Shown here piece by piece: positions 36,162 to 49,016 of a DNA stretch of 64,000 nucleotides. Below the pieces are notes generated by a model. That model saw only the letters and a program-made list of their open reading frames with translations. It was not told where the DNA came from and searched no databases. The stretch lies in NCBI GenBank assembly GCA_010405405.1, contig MU004231.1, forward strand, positions 4,204,884-4,268,883. The letters run 5' to 3'. The stretch is from Microthyrium microscopicum. Its lineage: Eukaryota. The translations under genes and the position numbers were made by a program. Numbering within the stretch: the first letter of the stretch is position 1; each line of letters opens with the position of its first letter.

Positions 36162-38206
36162 CTAGCCGCTTGGTCCACGATCCATAGGGATCCAACCACC
36201 TTCAGCAGTCCATGTACCAGCTTTTGTATAATCCTCAGTTTGGCCGCCTTGCAAATAGGCAAAGCGGAAGTACTCTGGTAGGTCCTCGCGTGTCCGCGTC
36301 CATGTCCACTGGTCAATGCCTTGGTCACGGTATGCCTTAAATCGCTCGACCTCATTGACAATGATGCTTATGCCGTCATATGGATCACCATCAGGCTGTT
36401 TATCTTCCGGAGGAAACGTCCATTGGAAGGTAATGTTCGTGGGCTTTTGAAGAATAGGATCTATGCGGATCATGGGAGGTAGGATGGTGGGTAGGGCGCT
36501 GTTCAATGGCGCATCGCCACGAAGTTCGAGGGGTGTTTGAAGAAGAGAATCAAACCCCCAGCGCGCAATGCCGTTGATAAAGAAGCCAATGAGCAGACCT
36601 TGGTACAGCAGACTAGGTCGCATTTGTAGGCGTGTTCCTGGGATGAATAGGAGGCCGAGAATGTAATGATGGATACGAATCTTGAGCTCTGGAACGGCCA
36701 AGAGTAGTAGGAGAGTACCACAGAATATGCCATATACAACAAGATATTTGGGCATCAATCCTTCTATTCTTATAAACCAGGCTTGTGTAAGCGCAATGGT
36801 GAGGATGACGGATATGATTATGAATAAAGCCGGCAATGCGCCTGCTTGTGCTTTGAGGTCGTCAGGTGTGAGGCGCTGGATGGGAATCTTGTCAAAAGTG
36901 TAGTTGTTCAGACTTCCAACCCAGCAAGCTCCAAGCCATAACACAGTCTTTTCAACTTGCGCTCGCAGGCCACGGAGAGAGTGCCGTACCGCGACATTAT
37001 ACATGATAGCAGCACAGAATGCAGCGGGAAGGAATCGGCCAGACCCCGTACTGATCAATGACTTATAGTTTGAGTGTCCAGGCGGGTCAGACACCAACGC
37101 GACATGGATGAACAGGCCAGTAAAGATAGACCAGAAGAACACGCCGGGAGATGTCGTAAATAACGATAGTACCGTACTGAAGAAGACCGATACAGCTAGG
37201 AGCGGCCATCTCAGATCCTGGCATTGAGCAGAACTTCCTTTCATGAACGTAAAAGACTGCGGAAAGTAGGAATCGAATCCAATACTGTTAATCCCATGTT
37301 GTTTTACACTGGGATATTTCGATCGTTCGCCCACAAGTTTAAGCACTCCGCAACCTCCTTGTTCATTTTTCAGAAAACCAGAGTGTACAGCGGCGCCACA
37401 GATGAAAGAGTCTCCTCGGTAGACAGAATCCCCATATCCTCCAGCAGAGTCTGCCATAGGCCCTCCAACCACTAGAGACCGGTAATTTATTTGTTGAGAT
37501 CCGACGGGATATGGATCCGTCAATTGGACTTTGTTACAGCTCGCAGGGCATCGAAAAGGATATGGAACTTCATTAGAACTCCCACCGAAAGGCCTACATA
37601 TGTCTCCGTGAAGTCCGCAGGTGTTACCTCGTCCCCTAGAGTTACAATTAGCCAGGTCTCCAACCACGATTGATTCCAAAACACTTACCAGAATCTCGCT
37701 GCGCAACTGATCATATTCGGCGGCCCAAATCCAGGAATCTCAGACGCAAACGCCGACCTCTTCAGCACCAGGCTGAAGGTAAGCAACCACAAGCCATACC
37801 ACGCAATCAACAAAAACACCTTATGTCTCTTATTCGGGCAGTAGCGATCAAGTAGTTTTATCGGTAGCGTCTGCACGTCCTCGAATATCGGCGTTATTCT
37901 CCACGGCCGCGCTGGTTGAGGACCTCTGGCCCAGTGCATGGCAACTTTCCAGCCTCGCTGGACACGCGCAGGAAACCGGCGCACCTGCGACTTTATCTGC
38001 CAGGGCGGCGCAAAGGCTGCGTCGGTGCTTTCGAGGTCTTCGCCATCGATGCGCATAAACGACAATGTGTCGTCTTGTCCGCCATCGAGTGTCTCTGTAG
38101 AGCTCAAGGTCGCGGCGCGGGGAGCGGCATCGGGGTCATCGTCGTCGTAGGCGTCGCGGTATGGCTCCGAGGCGTGGGGATCGCGGCTCGATCGCGGTGG
38201 AGCCAT
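36162..38206 (-). CDS. LCCL-domain multi-pass membrane protein; intron 37688-37636
   Basis: 'CGLHGDICRPF', 'FRCPASC', LCCL core 'YRGDSFICGAAVHSG', several TM segments and 'RIHHYILGLL'. Confidence 0.85.
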
Positions 38207-38726
38207 GTTGGTTCCGTGGAGTAGGCGGGGTTCTCGGAGGTACTGAGAATCCCGATGCAGAATTATGATGGATAAATATACTTGTGATGAACCAGATGGC
38301 GAGTCTGGAGAACCTGAGTCCCTCGGGAGAGGTGGAAAAGGTACATTGATGTTGGATGCAAAGAGGACGGAGTCGAGTTGAGTTGCTGAGTCGTCGTCAC
38401 CACGTGGAGACTGGGCAACCTCGTCAACTCCTCAATTTCGAAGCTTGATCTGTTTCCAACACCCTTAATGTTACTCTAAACTGTTGCTTTTCTGATTGAC
38501 AACGTGTCAAGCATGACTTCAATCGACGCGCAAATAAGCGGTTCGAAATCACTTTTTCGCGGCTTTGAGAGTTAAGCTCAACGCGTTTAGTGACGGAAGG
38601 CAGTTGGAGATATCACATCTATCAGTTATTCTCTGCAATAAATATTAGAGTAGTTCTCTAGTAGGTGATCAGTACAAGTTTACAATCGCTAATTGGGCAT
38701 TAGTCATTCTTCTATTGTGTATAATT

Positions 38727-41033
38727 CTATGATCCTCTAAGAAGCCTCTGTTCCCGCCATCGAGGCCCATACGTTCTTTCTATTACCACTAGGAATCCGC
38801 TCAAAGCCGCCAGCACCGCAAGGACCAAGAACGTTATTCCCCCATGAATTCTCGATATAGCCTGTTCGATCAATGCAACACCGAGGCCGCCCAAGGTGCA
38901 GCGAACCAGATTATTCTATACCATGTTAGTAGATGTTCTTCAAATGCAGATTTTTGGAGGTAACTTACAACTGCGGTTGCCGAACTGGCTTTTGAAGGGT
39001 ATAGATCGATCATCAGTGTTGAGTTGATATTGAAGATCGCAGTCGCCGTGAACGCCGTGATAAATTGAAGCGTCAATGGCACGGCCATGTGCCATTGTAA
39101 GGCGAATCCGTATAGACCGGTCGCAATACAGAACATAGCAAGCAACCACCAAGTGCTCTTAAGTCGCGCGCGTTCTATCGAAAAGCTTGGGTATATATGC
39201 TGTTTGAGCTCCGTTTCTGCCGGTAGACTATGGAGCTGTCGGAACTGTGTCGCAGCTTTCGCGTAGTCCGAATCCATGATCTTGCCAATGATGAATGATC
39301 CGGACATGCAGCCTATACCATTTGGAAGGAATATCAATCCAGTCTGCCAGCTTGACAAATGATATCCGTTCGTGAAGAGCGACGATGTGCTCGAAGTCTG
39401 CATCGACCAGATTGTATAGATGATCCCGCCAAACATTAAGGTAACGAAGACATCTTTCTCAGCCAATAGCCGAAACGACTCGAGTAGCATCTTCCAAGAC
39501 AGTTTCTTTTCTTCATAGCTCTTGTTGAGAGTCGCCCTCGACGTCATCATGGCGTGGTGTCTCTTCGTGTATACCAGCGGCCTATAAATGCCATATAGTT
39601 GTCGGCTGCCGTCTCCTGCGATGCTTCGTAGTGTTTCCGGCAGGAATAGGGTGATGAGGACTACGACGATAACCGCGAGGCATAGAAGGAACCAAAAGAT
39701 CGATCGGAAGCCGAATTGAGCCAACACTCCACCAAATACTGGTCCAATAGCTTGCTATTGTTTAGTTAGTATCTTCTCTGTTGATAGTAAAGTATTTCCG
39801 TCTTTGATCTCGCAAACGGGTTTCTTGGTCTTTGGAAATATGCCTGGAAAAGAGGGAACTTACTCCAAACATGCGAACTGATTTCTCGTTAGTACTTTGT
39901 GACTGAACACATCGAGAATGCAAACTTACTTCCAGCGAAGTGGCCCATGAATCCTCCCCGCTCAGCAGCAACAGAAACATCTCCAATTACACCAGCACCT
40001 GATCCTATTAGTCCCATTCCATCATGTTGCCATCTTGGTCACTCACCTATCGCAATAGTTGCACTGCTCCCTATCGCTTGAATCCCCCGAAACACCATCA
40101 ACGAGGCATAGTTCTTCGAAAAGCCGAGACCTAAATTGGCAAGAATGTATACTAAAGCAAGTAAGCGTTGTGCCACATTATCGAACCCGTTTAACCTACC
40201 ACACAATGTAGCTATCAGAATCGGCCGTCTTCCAAACTGATCTGCCAAAGGTCCCCAGAAACTCGGAGCTTCCTCATAGTTAGCTTCAAGCTTGCATTCA
40301 ACATCAGTAGAAGGCTTACCTAAGCCCTGAAAGAGCATATAGATAGTAATAGTCAACGTAACCAACTCTATCGGCGTATGCAACGTCTATCTCCATATTA
40401 GCAAACCCACCCATATATCCACCAAATCCCCAATTTCTTTTTTTCAAAACTCACCTCCGCAATAGTAGGTAGTGCCGGAAAGTAGATATTACTCGACAAC
40501 GGCGAGAACATTGCCGCCAACGAAACCATATACACCAGCCACTTCTTCTGCTCCCTTGAAAACACATGGTGCGGCGGCTCCACAAATGGATCGCCAGGGT
40601 CTTTCCCTTCCAGTAGCGCCATTTCCGACTGTGGGCTTCTAGGCCAGACGACTTCTTGATAGACTGCTGTGTTTTTCGAATATGATGTGCCCATTTTGGC
40701 ACTGTGGTGTGGTGTGGTGTCGAAAGAGCTCCTGCTGGAGTTTATGATGGAGGAGGAAGATATGCTGGAGATGTTGCTGGGCGGGTCGTCATTTTGTTCT
40801 TTGACGTTGTGGGTGTTGCCACTGGGTATGGGGATTCTTGGGTGAGTGCGCTCATAGGACCCGTTTTTGTGAGCCTCGAGCTTCTGATACATCGAGGCTA
40901 CCACTACTGGCTCACCCAACGTAGTTGTTGGCTGCCCATTCGTTGAGGGTGGGATAGTTGGGTTAACTATATCTTGAAATTTTCCATCGAGCCTTTGGAG
41001 AGTGGGATTTTCCAGCACGTCATGGGTGGACAT
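38727..41033 (-). CDS. MFS multidrug (DHA1-like) transporter, multi-exon
   Basis: 'SPLSSNIYFPALPTIA', motif A 'GPLADQFGRRP', 'FRGIQAIG', 'FGFRSIFWFL', 'LPETLR', 'DLYPSKASSATA'; stop TAG at 38727-38729. Confidence 0.9.
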
Positions 41034-41947
41034 TGGCCAGATCTTTACACCACTTGAAATATTCCTGCTGCTAGAAAAAAGTATAAAGAATGAACTGCTT
41101 TCCAGCTGCTCAGATAGTAGCCATGATCGCGGGTGGAACGGGCGAGGGGAGAGCGCTAGGGTTGTATAAAATTGACAAAGAGATCTAAGCGTTTGCTAAG
41201 GATTATTTGAAAATGGGTTGGCCAGACCCGGTAAACGTGGGCACGCAAGGCACTTTACTTTGACCTGTTGGCATATTTTTGGTAGCACGCAAGTGGCATT
41301 TATATTGTGCCGCAAAAGGTGCTTCGGGGCTGGCGAACAGGAGTTTGCGGTTGGATCCGATCGTTGTTTCAGACTGATGAGTTTCTGGGTTGACGAATGA
41401 TAATGGTGGAAAATATGTTTCATAAGAGTACTATTTGCCAATCGACAAGACCAGGCACAATAGTTTGAACTGCTGGTGTCGGTGCGCAACACTTTGTTGT
41501 TGACCGCGATTGGAATTAAGATCAAGTTGCTTACTCTCAACCATGAAAATAAACAAACCTTACCAAAACAGTCGAGTGTTCGTTTGGATTCTGAGACTTG
41601 GCATGGTTTGGACGGTGGGATTTTGAAGGATGATTTATCGCATGGAGGATTTGATCCTCGATGTCAGTTGGTGGTAGAGTAAAACGTAAGGACACTTTTG
41701 AAGATAAACGAAACTTGAGTATAGAAAAGAGGTGTGGATTATTTAGTCGTAGACACAAGGTAGTGTGTTCCTACCTTATATGCATCAGCCTCAAGAGAAA
41801 TAGGAACAAAAGAGATGGGTATCGCCTAGAATCAGGTGGTCGAATACAACATTACCGTCCTGCTGACCCGTATCGACTCGTAGCAGCAAATGGTTTTGAC
41901 CTTTTCCATCATAGACGATCATGAATCATACCAAAACAACGCTTTGA

Positions 41948-44010
41948 CTATTGCGATGGTCGACCCCGCCCAGCGCCAGCAGACCTACCAACGTTAGTAA
42001 ACATCGAACATCGAAGCGGTCGGTATAACTTACAGGCTGATTCTTCTTGCGATGCCTTTCAGTTCTTGGTCGTTATCCGCCTCAGTCCCAGCTCGTTCGA
42101 GAGCTTCCGTTCGATTCACATCTTGACTCCGTCTAACTTCTTCACCACTTGGAGGGAGTCTTTCGTTCTGAATATCAACCTTTCTCGCGTCTTCGAAACT
42201 GTTAATTGCTTGCTTGATACCCTCCGCGCCAAGCATCAGAGTGCCAGCTGGTAGACGACCGCCAGTAGCAGTCTTCAACTCAGTTACACTCTCAGACTCT
42301 TCACGCAAGACTTGGAAAACACGAGATAGGCGACCAATGGCCAAAATCTTGTTCTTGATCGCACGACGCTTAAATTCGATACTTTCGGGGTCCGATGAGA
42401 GACCGGCAGATAACGGAGGTGATGCCGGACCAGACGTGATTGAGCTGGGTGTATCTTCAGGTCCGAGTTCGTCCTTGGAGCAAATGTTCAGCATTGCGAT
42501 TAGCATGTCTGTAATCTTCTCGCCCACAAATGGCAGTGACCAGGTGAAAACGTCCATAAAGTTTGGAAGCCAGTACGGATGAGGGGTGCAGTTGAATTGT
42601 CGGATGTTCATGACATTGTTCTCATATTTCAAGACGGCAGCTTTGTTGTTGTAAACGTCCAGGTAGTTGGGTGCGCTGAAGATGGTCATGACACTTGGGA
42701 ACCCGGTCGTCATGGTCTTCCGATACATGCGGTATCCAGCATCTTGCGCTTCATGCGCGCGAATAACTGACAAGAGATTATTCTTCTCCAAGAAGTTGCA
42801 TGCAGCGTTGTATGAGAAGAAATACGAGCATCCTCGAACGTGGTTGTGTATAAAGAACTCTGATGTTTTTTCTTGGCCAAACTCTTCCAGTGGATCAGCC
42901 CAGAGGATATCACACATCAGTCCATGTGTAGGTGGTTCGCGGAATCGATCAATCTGCTATTGTTAGTTCAAATCCAGATTTGCTTCGTTGGTTACATACA
43001 TTTCTCAAGTCGTCCAGAGTATGTAGTTCGGGGCTGAGGCCGCCATGGATGCACAGAAACTGTTTGTTCATAACTGCAGCCAGTGGCAAACTACAAAACG
43101 ACTCCATACAAGCCTCGTACACATCTTCAGAGTACTTGTGCTTGCATTCTAGCTTGAAAGTGAAGTAATCGGTCAAATGTCGACACTCATGGTTTCCACG
43201 AAGTAACCAGAGAGTATTAGGATACCAGATCTTCAAGGACCAGAGGTATAGAACGCACTGAACTTGTTAGAATGCACTATTTCGGGATTCGCGTGATCAA
43301 ATACCTCAATGCTGAAATAACCTCGATCAACGTAATCGCCCAAAAAGAGATATCTTGTTTCGGCGGGATCGCCACCAACTTCAAAAAGCTTCATCAAATC
43401 ATAGTATTGCCCGTGAACATCACCGCAAACAGTGATCGGCGCATCCATCTCCAAGAGATTTGGCTCCGCTCTCAGAATCTCTGTCCCCTTGCGAATGATC
43501 CATAGCGCTTGTTCTTCGGTGAGGCGACCCTCACGATAGAAGTGGTTCTTGAGAAATTGGAGATTAGGCTTATTGCGGTCGTGAGGCGAAAGAAATTGCT
43601 CTTGAGTTGGAGGTTGTGTCGCAGGCGCTTGAACATCTAAATCTCATTGTCAGCTTGACGAATTGTAAATCTTGGCGTTGTGCCGTCTGTGCTACGGTCA
43701 TAGCGCAGCTGAGTGGGATGGAGAAGCGGTGGAGGGCATTGTGACATTGGATTGCAGGTAAAGTGCCAGAGATAAGACGAATTGTCGCAGAAGATCAAGA
43801 AATGATTCTTTGTCAAAGATCTGGGGAAGTTGCCATACCTTTGCACACTCTATCTTGAGTATTTACTTGAGTGCCATCATCCATTGAGTGGAGGGTGAAA
43901 TCGATCTCAGGTGCAGGCTTTTTGTTTCTGACAGCGCGAATAGCATTGTCAAAAGCACCAACTTCTGGCCCAGGTGGGCTCTGTTGACCTTCTTCCCAGG
44001 ACTCGTCCAT
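41948..44010 (-). CDS. cnaA: Calcineurin A, catalytic subunit of PP2B; multi-exon (intron 1 43838-43637, last intron 42033-41985)
   Basis: 'GDVHGQ', 'GDYVDRG', 'RGNHE', 'SAPNYLD', CnB-binding '[19 protein letters not shown]', CaM-binding '[19 protein letters not shown]', autoinhibitory '[17 protein letters not shown]'. Confidence 0.97.
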
Positions 44011-44782
44011 TTTGTTGGTGGCAAAGTATTAAAGAGGTAGAGGAGAGAGGAGAGAACGGATGGCGAAACCCAACAGGGCGGCCTCAGGTGGGCGGTTAGG
44101 AGGGGAAGTTGAGAGAAGGAATTTGTGAAGTCGGAGAGAACAGGTCGATTACTACGAGGCGCAGAAGATAGATAAAGAGCACGATAGAGGTTGGAGATAG
44201 GAATGAAAGAAGTCGCGTGCTTGCCACTTGGTGAGACTGGATTGCGGGGAGTTGCAGAGGACTGAAGTTGAGTTGAGGCTGCTCAGTGAGATTCCTGAAC
44301 CGTGCCTGCTCCTTTTGTGAGCTCTTGATGCTGCCAGGATGGGCAAGAACGACCCAACCGGTGAGCCTAGCTCGCACTTGCCAGTTGCCTCCGTCAGCCC
44401 TGCTCCTGCCTTTTCCTTTTTAGGCAGTAGCCACACTGTTGAGCCACTTACAATCATGTGCCACTTGGTTTGAGGCAATGGCAAGATCTCTTGCGCAATA
44501 TTGTGATGATGATCTTTAAGCTCTCGGGTTGATACAAAATAGTAGTACATTGCGTCAAATCTATCATTATCAAAAGTAAGATACAAGAACGCCAGCGCTA
44601 GTCTCCTGAGTACAGTACGTAGTGAACTCCTGAAAACAATTCCGGGTCAGTAAGATATCTGCCATCGCGTCCAATCAAGAAGAGATGGCCTATGGCTGAA
44701 TCGTGTTGTCTTGAGTGCACTCAATCCAATTGGAAGCATCCGAGACAGCGTAAAAGACGGCAGCCAGACAAGCAATGCCACT

Positions 44783-45671
44783 TTACACGTTGTCTCTCAC
44801 CACACCAGTCTGCTGCTGCTTATGCCCATCCCGCATCTCATATCGTCCTTTCAGGAACTGGGCCCCCTTTCCATGCTCATGGTCACCAGCTTGAATCGGT
44901 GGAGCCAGCAATCCGGCTGCGCAATATATAGCAAAGAGGAAAAATTCCATCAATGTCTGCATAAACGATTCGACATAGATGTCTGGCGCTGTCGCGCTGA
45001 ACTTATTGTTGATGTGAAACGCGGTAAAGACCAAGTAAAACACTCGGATGAGTAGGAATGGCGTGCTGATCGCGGCGCAAAGGGTGAGTTTCTTGTCTGT
45101 TACATAGACGCGGTGGAGTTGGGCGACGAATACGAGAGCCATGCCGATGTTCAAGACGGCGGTGATTAGGAGGATGATTGCTGATGCTTTTCGAAGAGAC
45201 GTGACTGTCTGCTGCATGCCTACATCTGTCGAGCTCGCCATGGACGCTGCTGCGATTCCGAGAGCAGTACCGGCGACGATAGCAATGTGAATGAATTGAA
45301 ATAGGCGTGGTGGCTGGAGTTTGTTAGCTTAAGATCGCTGATACTGGTTGTTTGGAGCGGATTCTTACCATATGGCCACTCTGGAGTCCATCATTTATGC
45401 GCTTGACGATTCCATTCAAGCAGAGTAGGAGAGGTATTAGACCCAAAGCACTGAATACAAGCGCTGCGACATATAAACCAGTGCTGGGGTTGTTGTCTGC
45501 TGCGAGTCGAAGACTAGAGCCATTGATTCTAACCAGCGCGAAACTAAGCAGATAGAACCATCCTGCATGTCGTCCGAAGCCTTGTTTCTTGCAAACCCAT
45601 ATTGCGACTGGAAGTCCAAGAATGAAGTATATAAGGATGGCTATTGAAAGCTTTCCATAAGATGTGAGCAT
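44783..45671 (-). CDS. Fungal multi-pass (about 7 TM) membrane protein of unknown function; intron 45368-45314
   Basis: Spliced ORF of alternating hydrophobic helices; 'GFGRHAGWFYLLSFALVRI' and 'PFLLIRVFY' resemble a common uncharacterised fungal membrane family. Confidence 0.75.
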
Positions 45672-47250
45672 GGTCGGAAAAGTCGAATTGTGTAGTAGGT
45701 AGGTGTATGATAGGAATTATACGGAAAATTGCGTTATGAAACTCTCAATGGTATCTGACGGGCATGGAGAGCTATTTAAATTCCAAGGCGTTGTGGTATG
45801 CCTCAGATGTGATGAATGGAAATAAAGGAGCACTGCCACCAACTAACACTTTCGCGCCTACCTAAACATTGAAGGTGATCTGCTTTGCATTGCAGAAGTA
45901 GGGATAATGGATAGAAGGAGCAGCTCTTTTGGAGGAAATTACACGCTAAAAAGCTTGAAACAAAGTCTGAGTCGGTTGGAAAGAGGCGCACTGCCATCTT
46001 GAACTCATCCACTCCTTGATACAGACGCTGGCAATGGCACGACAAGATAAATAAGTACACAAACTGAACTACACGCCTCCCATCTCGAAGCCCTTCTTCG
46101 TCTCAGACATACAACAATGACATTAACTTCCACTACGATCAACGAAAAACTGCAACCGCAATTGCTGTATCAGAAGTACAGAGACATATTTCTTCATCTT
46201 GAAAGATTATTCCCGTTTGTGTCTTCATGACGCGGAATGGTCAGATTAAGCGCGGCCGTAGTTCAGCACCTCGCTCAATATTTACGCAAATGGAAGCATT
46301 GAGCGGGTGGCTGACGCCCCAGCCCAACTGGGAAGTCAACCAACCAGCCAACGGCTTGCCCGTGAGACGTCCCTTTTGATCCTCTTGATCTGAAATTCTG
46401 GATGCGACGAATGCGATCTGCCTTGCTTGACATTCTCCACTCACCTTCATCGGCATCAATGTCCGTACTGATAGTCTGATACCAGCGTCTTGATAATATC
46501 CGATGCTGACTTTACGCGATTTGCCTCCCGAATCAACTATGGGATAAGAACCTTCCGAGCGCTCTGATGCTCTTCTCTGGTGACACAAGTGTTCATCCTT
46601 CGCAAGGAGACTTGATCATGCCAGCCTTGGTGTCTCCGGTCGTCAGGTCGCATTCATCGGATTGCTGATTTCTTTATGAAGCGTAACAATCGTGGTGTGA
46701 GGATGAGTTCACTGAGCATAATACAGGTACTTAGTACCTAACTTGTATCATTATGGGCGAGCTAAGATACTAATACATATTTGGTACGGATGTAAGCATG
46801 CCTTGCTCATTGAGACAAGTCAACCGAGCCATATATTGACGCTTGATGAAGAGTCGCGAGCACATTGGCCCAAGTTGCTTAAAGTCTCGATATCAGAAAG
46901 CCGAATCACGATCAAACAGTCGTTCATGGACAACCATCTTTACGGCTCGCTCTAGGCGTGTAATAGGCTTCAATAGACTAATATATGCTAGACAGGCGTT
47001 CTGAAGAACTTGTTAAAGTTTTCTTCAAGACCAACACAGCACGCTATGCCAAGTACGAGATGTGATGAGAATATTGATCTACTTCACATTCAAGGGAAGT
47101 TCAACATTTCTACTTGCTCAGCCTCAACATTCATAAGTCTTTTCACCCACATCTATGCGATGTCCAAACGAAACCCCGTTGGTCTTCAAAGCCAATGTAT
47201 TCAAGTCAGCTAAATGCTGATGATCATACGCCAACTTGACAACTCCACGA

Positions 47251-47541
47251 CTACCCCATCCAAGCTGGCGCGTTCTCAAAATCATCCACGACCCAATAGA
47301 TCATCTTCATAAGCAACCAAAACATCAAGCCTAACAGTACTTCCTCCGCAACAGCCCCGTTGTAAAATCTTGAGCCTGGCTGTCTGACCACCTTGATTAT
47401 CTATAGCATCTCATCAGCTTATTGTGTCGTTGTAATGGTGGGCAAGCTGGGCAAGCTCACCTCGAGGAATTCTTCCCATGTATGGGCCATTGTGTCGTAG
47501 TCGGCGAGCATAGCCTCTACCGCGGTTTTCGTTTCGTTCAT
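47251..47541 (-). CDS. Putative 76-aa microprotein with one hydrophobic segment; exons 47541-47461 and 47400-47251
   Basis: ATG 47541; 60-nt GTGAGC..GCTGAT..TAG intron in phase 0; product MNETKTAVEAMLADYDTMAHTWEEFLE|IIKVVRQPGSRFYNGAVAEEVLLGLMFWLLMKMIYWVVDDFENAPAWMG*. No homology recognised. Confidence 0.55.
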
Positions 47542-47996
47542 TGCGCTTGCGAGTTCGATTTGTGGGTTCAAGCCAGCGACGTTGTTGTGACGGCGTTAAG
47601 TAGCGAGTTTTCCGCGGGTTTGTAGATGTGCCAGGCAAGTTGATGCAACTTTTAAACAAACGTGGCCGGTAAGCCTATTTTAATTGCGTTGAGATAGGCA
47701 AGTCAAATATTGGTGAAGTCGGGGATATGATCATCACAAGTCCAGTGATGGTCAGTTACGGAGGTGTCTAAAAACCACCTCAAAATGTTCCTGAAAGGGA
47801 AGTTTATCTGAACCACAACGGCTGCTCTGCATCCGGGGCTTCTTGTTGCCTCTAGTAGCTGTGCAAGTTTAACATGCTACATCGCAAATCATGGATCACT
47901 TGGTATTCTTGTCATTATCGGAAAGGCAGATTCATTCCATTTCCATAATCCCCTCCCTACACGTCCCCTAGCACGCTGTTTGCCATCCACCTTTCT

Positions 47997-48298
47997 CTAG
48001 TAGTATCCCTTGATGATGTTCTTGCGGATACCAATCTCAATCTGAGCAGTGGCAATTCGTCTATCAAACTGGTACATCTGATTCTGGAAGAAGTGGGTGC
48101 TGAGCAAGCCTTCATCGGTGTGGAATCGGATACACTTGGCGCGGACTTTCGTGAAGAAGTGAACTTGATGCTAATGTGTCTTTAGTGCATGGCGGCTATG
48201 TTGTTGGAAGAGTAACAGGCTGGGCTTACCTCGAGTTCTTCTAGAGACATGGTTGCCATGAAGGGCACAGTTGCCAGTTCAGTAGCGTGCGCGGTCAT
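47997..48298 (-). CDS. Putative 80-aa microprotein; exons 48298-48230 and 48170-47997
   Basis: CACCATG start; 59-nt GTAAGC..CTAA..TAG intron in phase 0; product MTAHATELATVPFMATMSLEELE|HQVHFFTKVRAKCIRFHTDEGLLSTHFFQNQMYQFDRRIATAQIEIGIRKNIIKGYY*. No homology recognised. Confidence 0.6.
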
Positions 48299-49016
48299 GG
48301 TGTTGGATTGACGAGAGAGGTTCGATAAAACTTGTGTGAATAGTAGCTATCTGGGTAGGTAGCTTCGGAAGACGTTTTCGAGTGAACACGGGCGACTGGG
48401 CGTGTGACTGATGTGAGGATGACGGCTGGCTGGTGGTTCACGGTTGAATTTTAAACGACTCCAGGCGGTCCTATCGTGCGAAAATGAAGTGGGAGTGTTG
48501 GAGACTTGGCGCCCCAGCCAGTTGGCACGACGATAGCAAGCTTTATTTGCCCCTGATTGTAGCAATCAGTAAACAGAGATTGTCTGTATCTCGACCAGAA
48601 AGTTCAATATACGGTAGTCCGAATGATTTGTTGCTTGAAGTCACTGGCGTACTATGGGCGATATCTTATGCTATCATTGACACTCTAAATCTTCATGGAT
48701 AGACTATTGCCTTCGCTTCAAGATCACACGGATCAAAAACAGAGTGTTCATTGGACCTCGAAGCGTTGTCACAATAAGACCTGAGTTGATCAACAGATGG
48801 GCAACTTTGTGTTGGAGTAAATATGCATTATGCTACTCAAGGTAGATACTATTGTGAACATGAACATTAAAGAATCTAATACGCGCCAAACACCATATCC
48901 TCCTGTGAATCAGGTCTCTTTATTTTCCAACGCCCATTCAATGTCCATTTACAAAAACGCTGAAGACCGAATCAATGCGGTATTGCCCTTACTATCCTCT
49001 TCCCACTCCTCTGCAA

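Noticed and set aside
38530..38560. GGTTCGAAATC followed by a T-run (B-box/tRNA-like)
   Set aside because: No cloverleaf, acceptor stem or A-box upstream.
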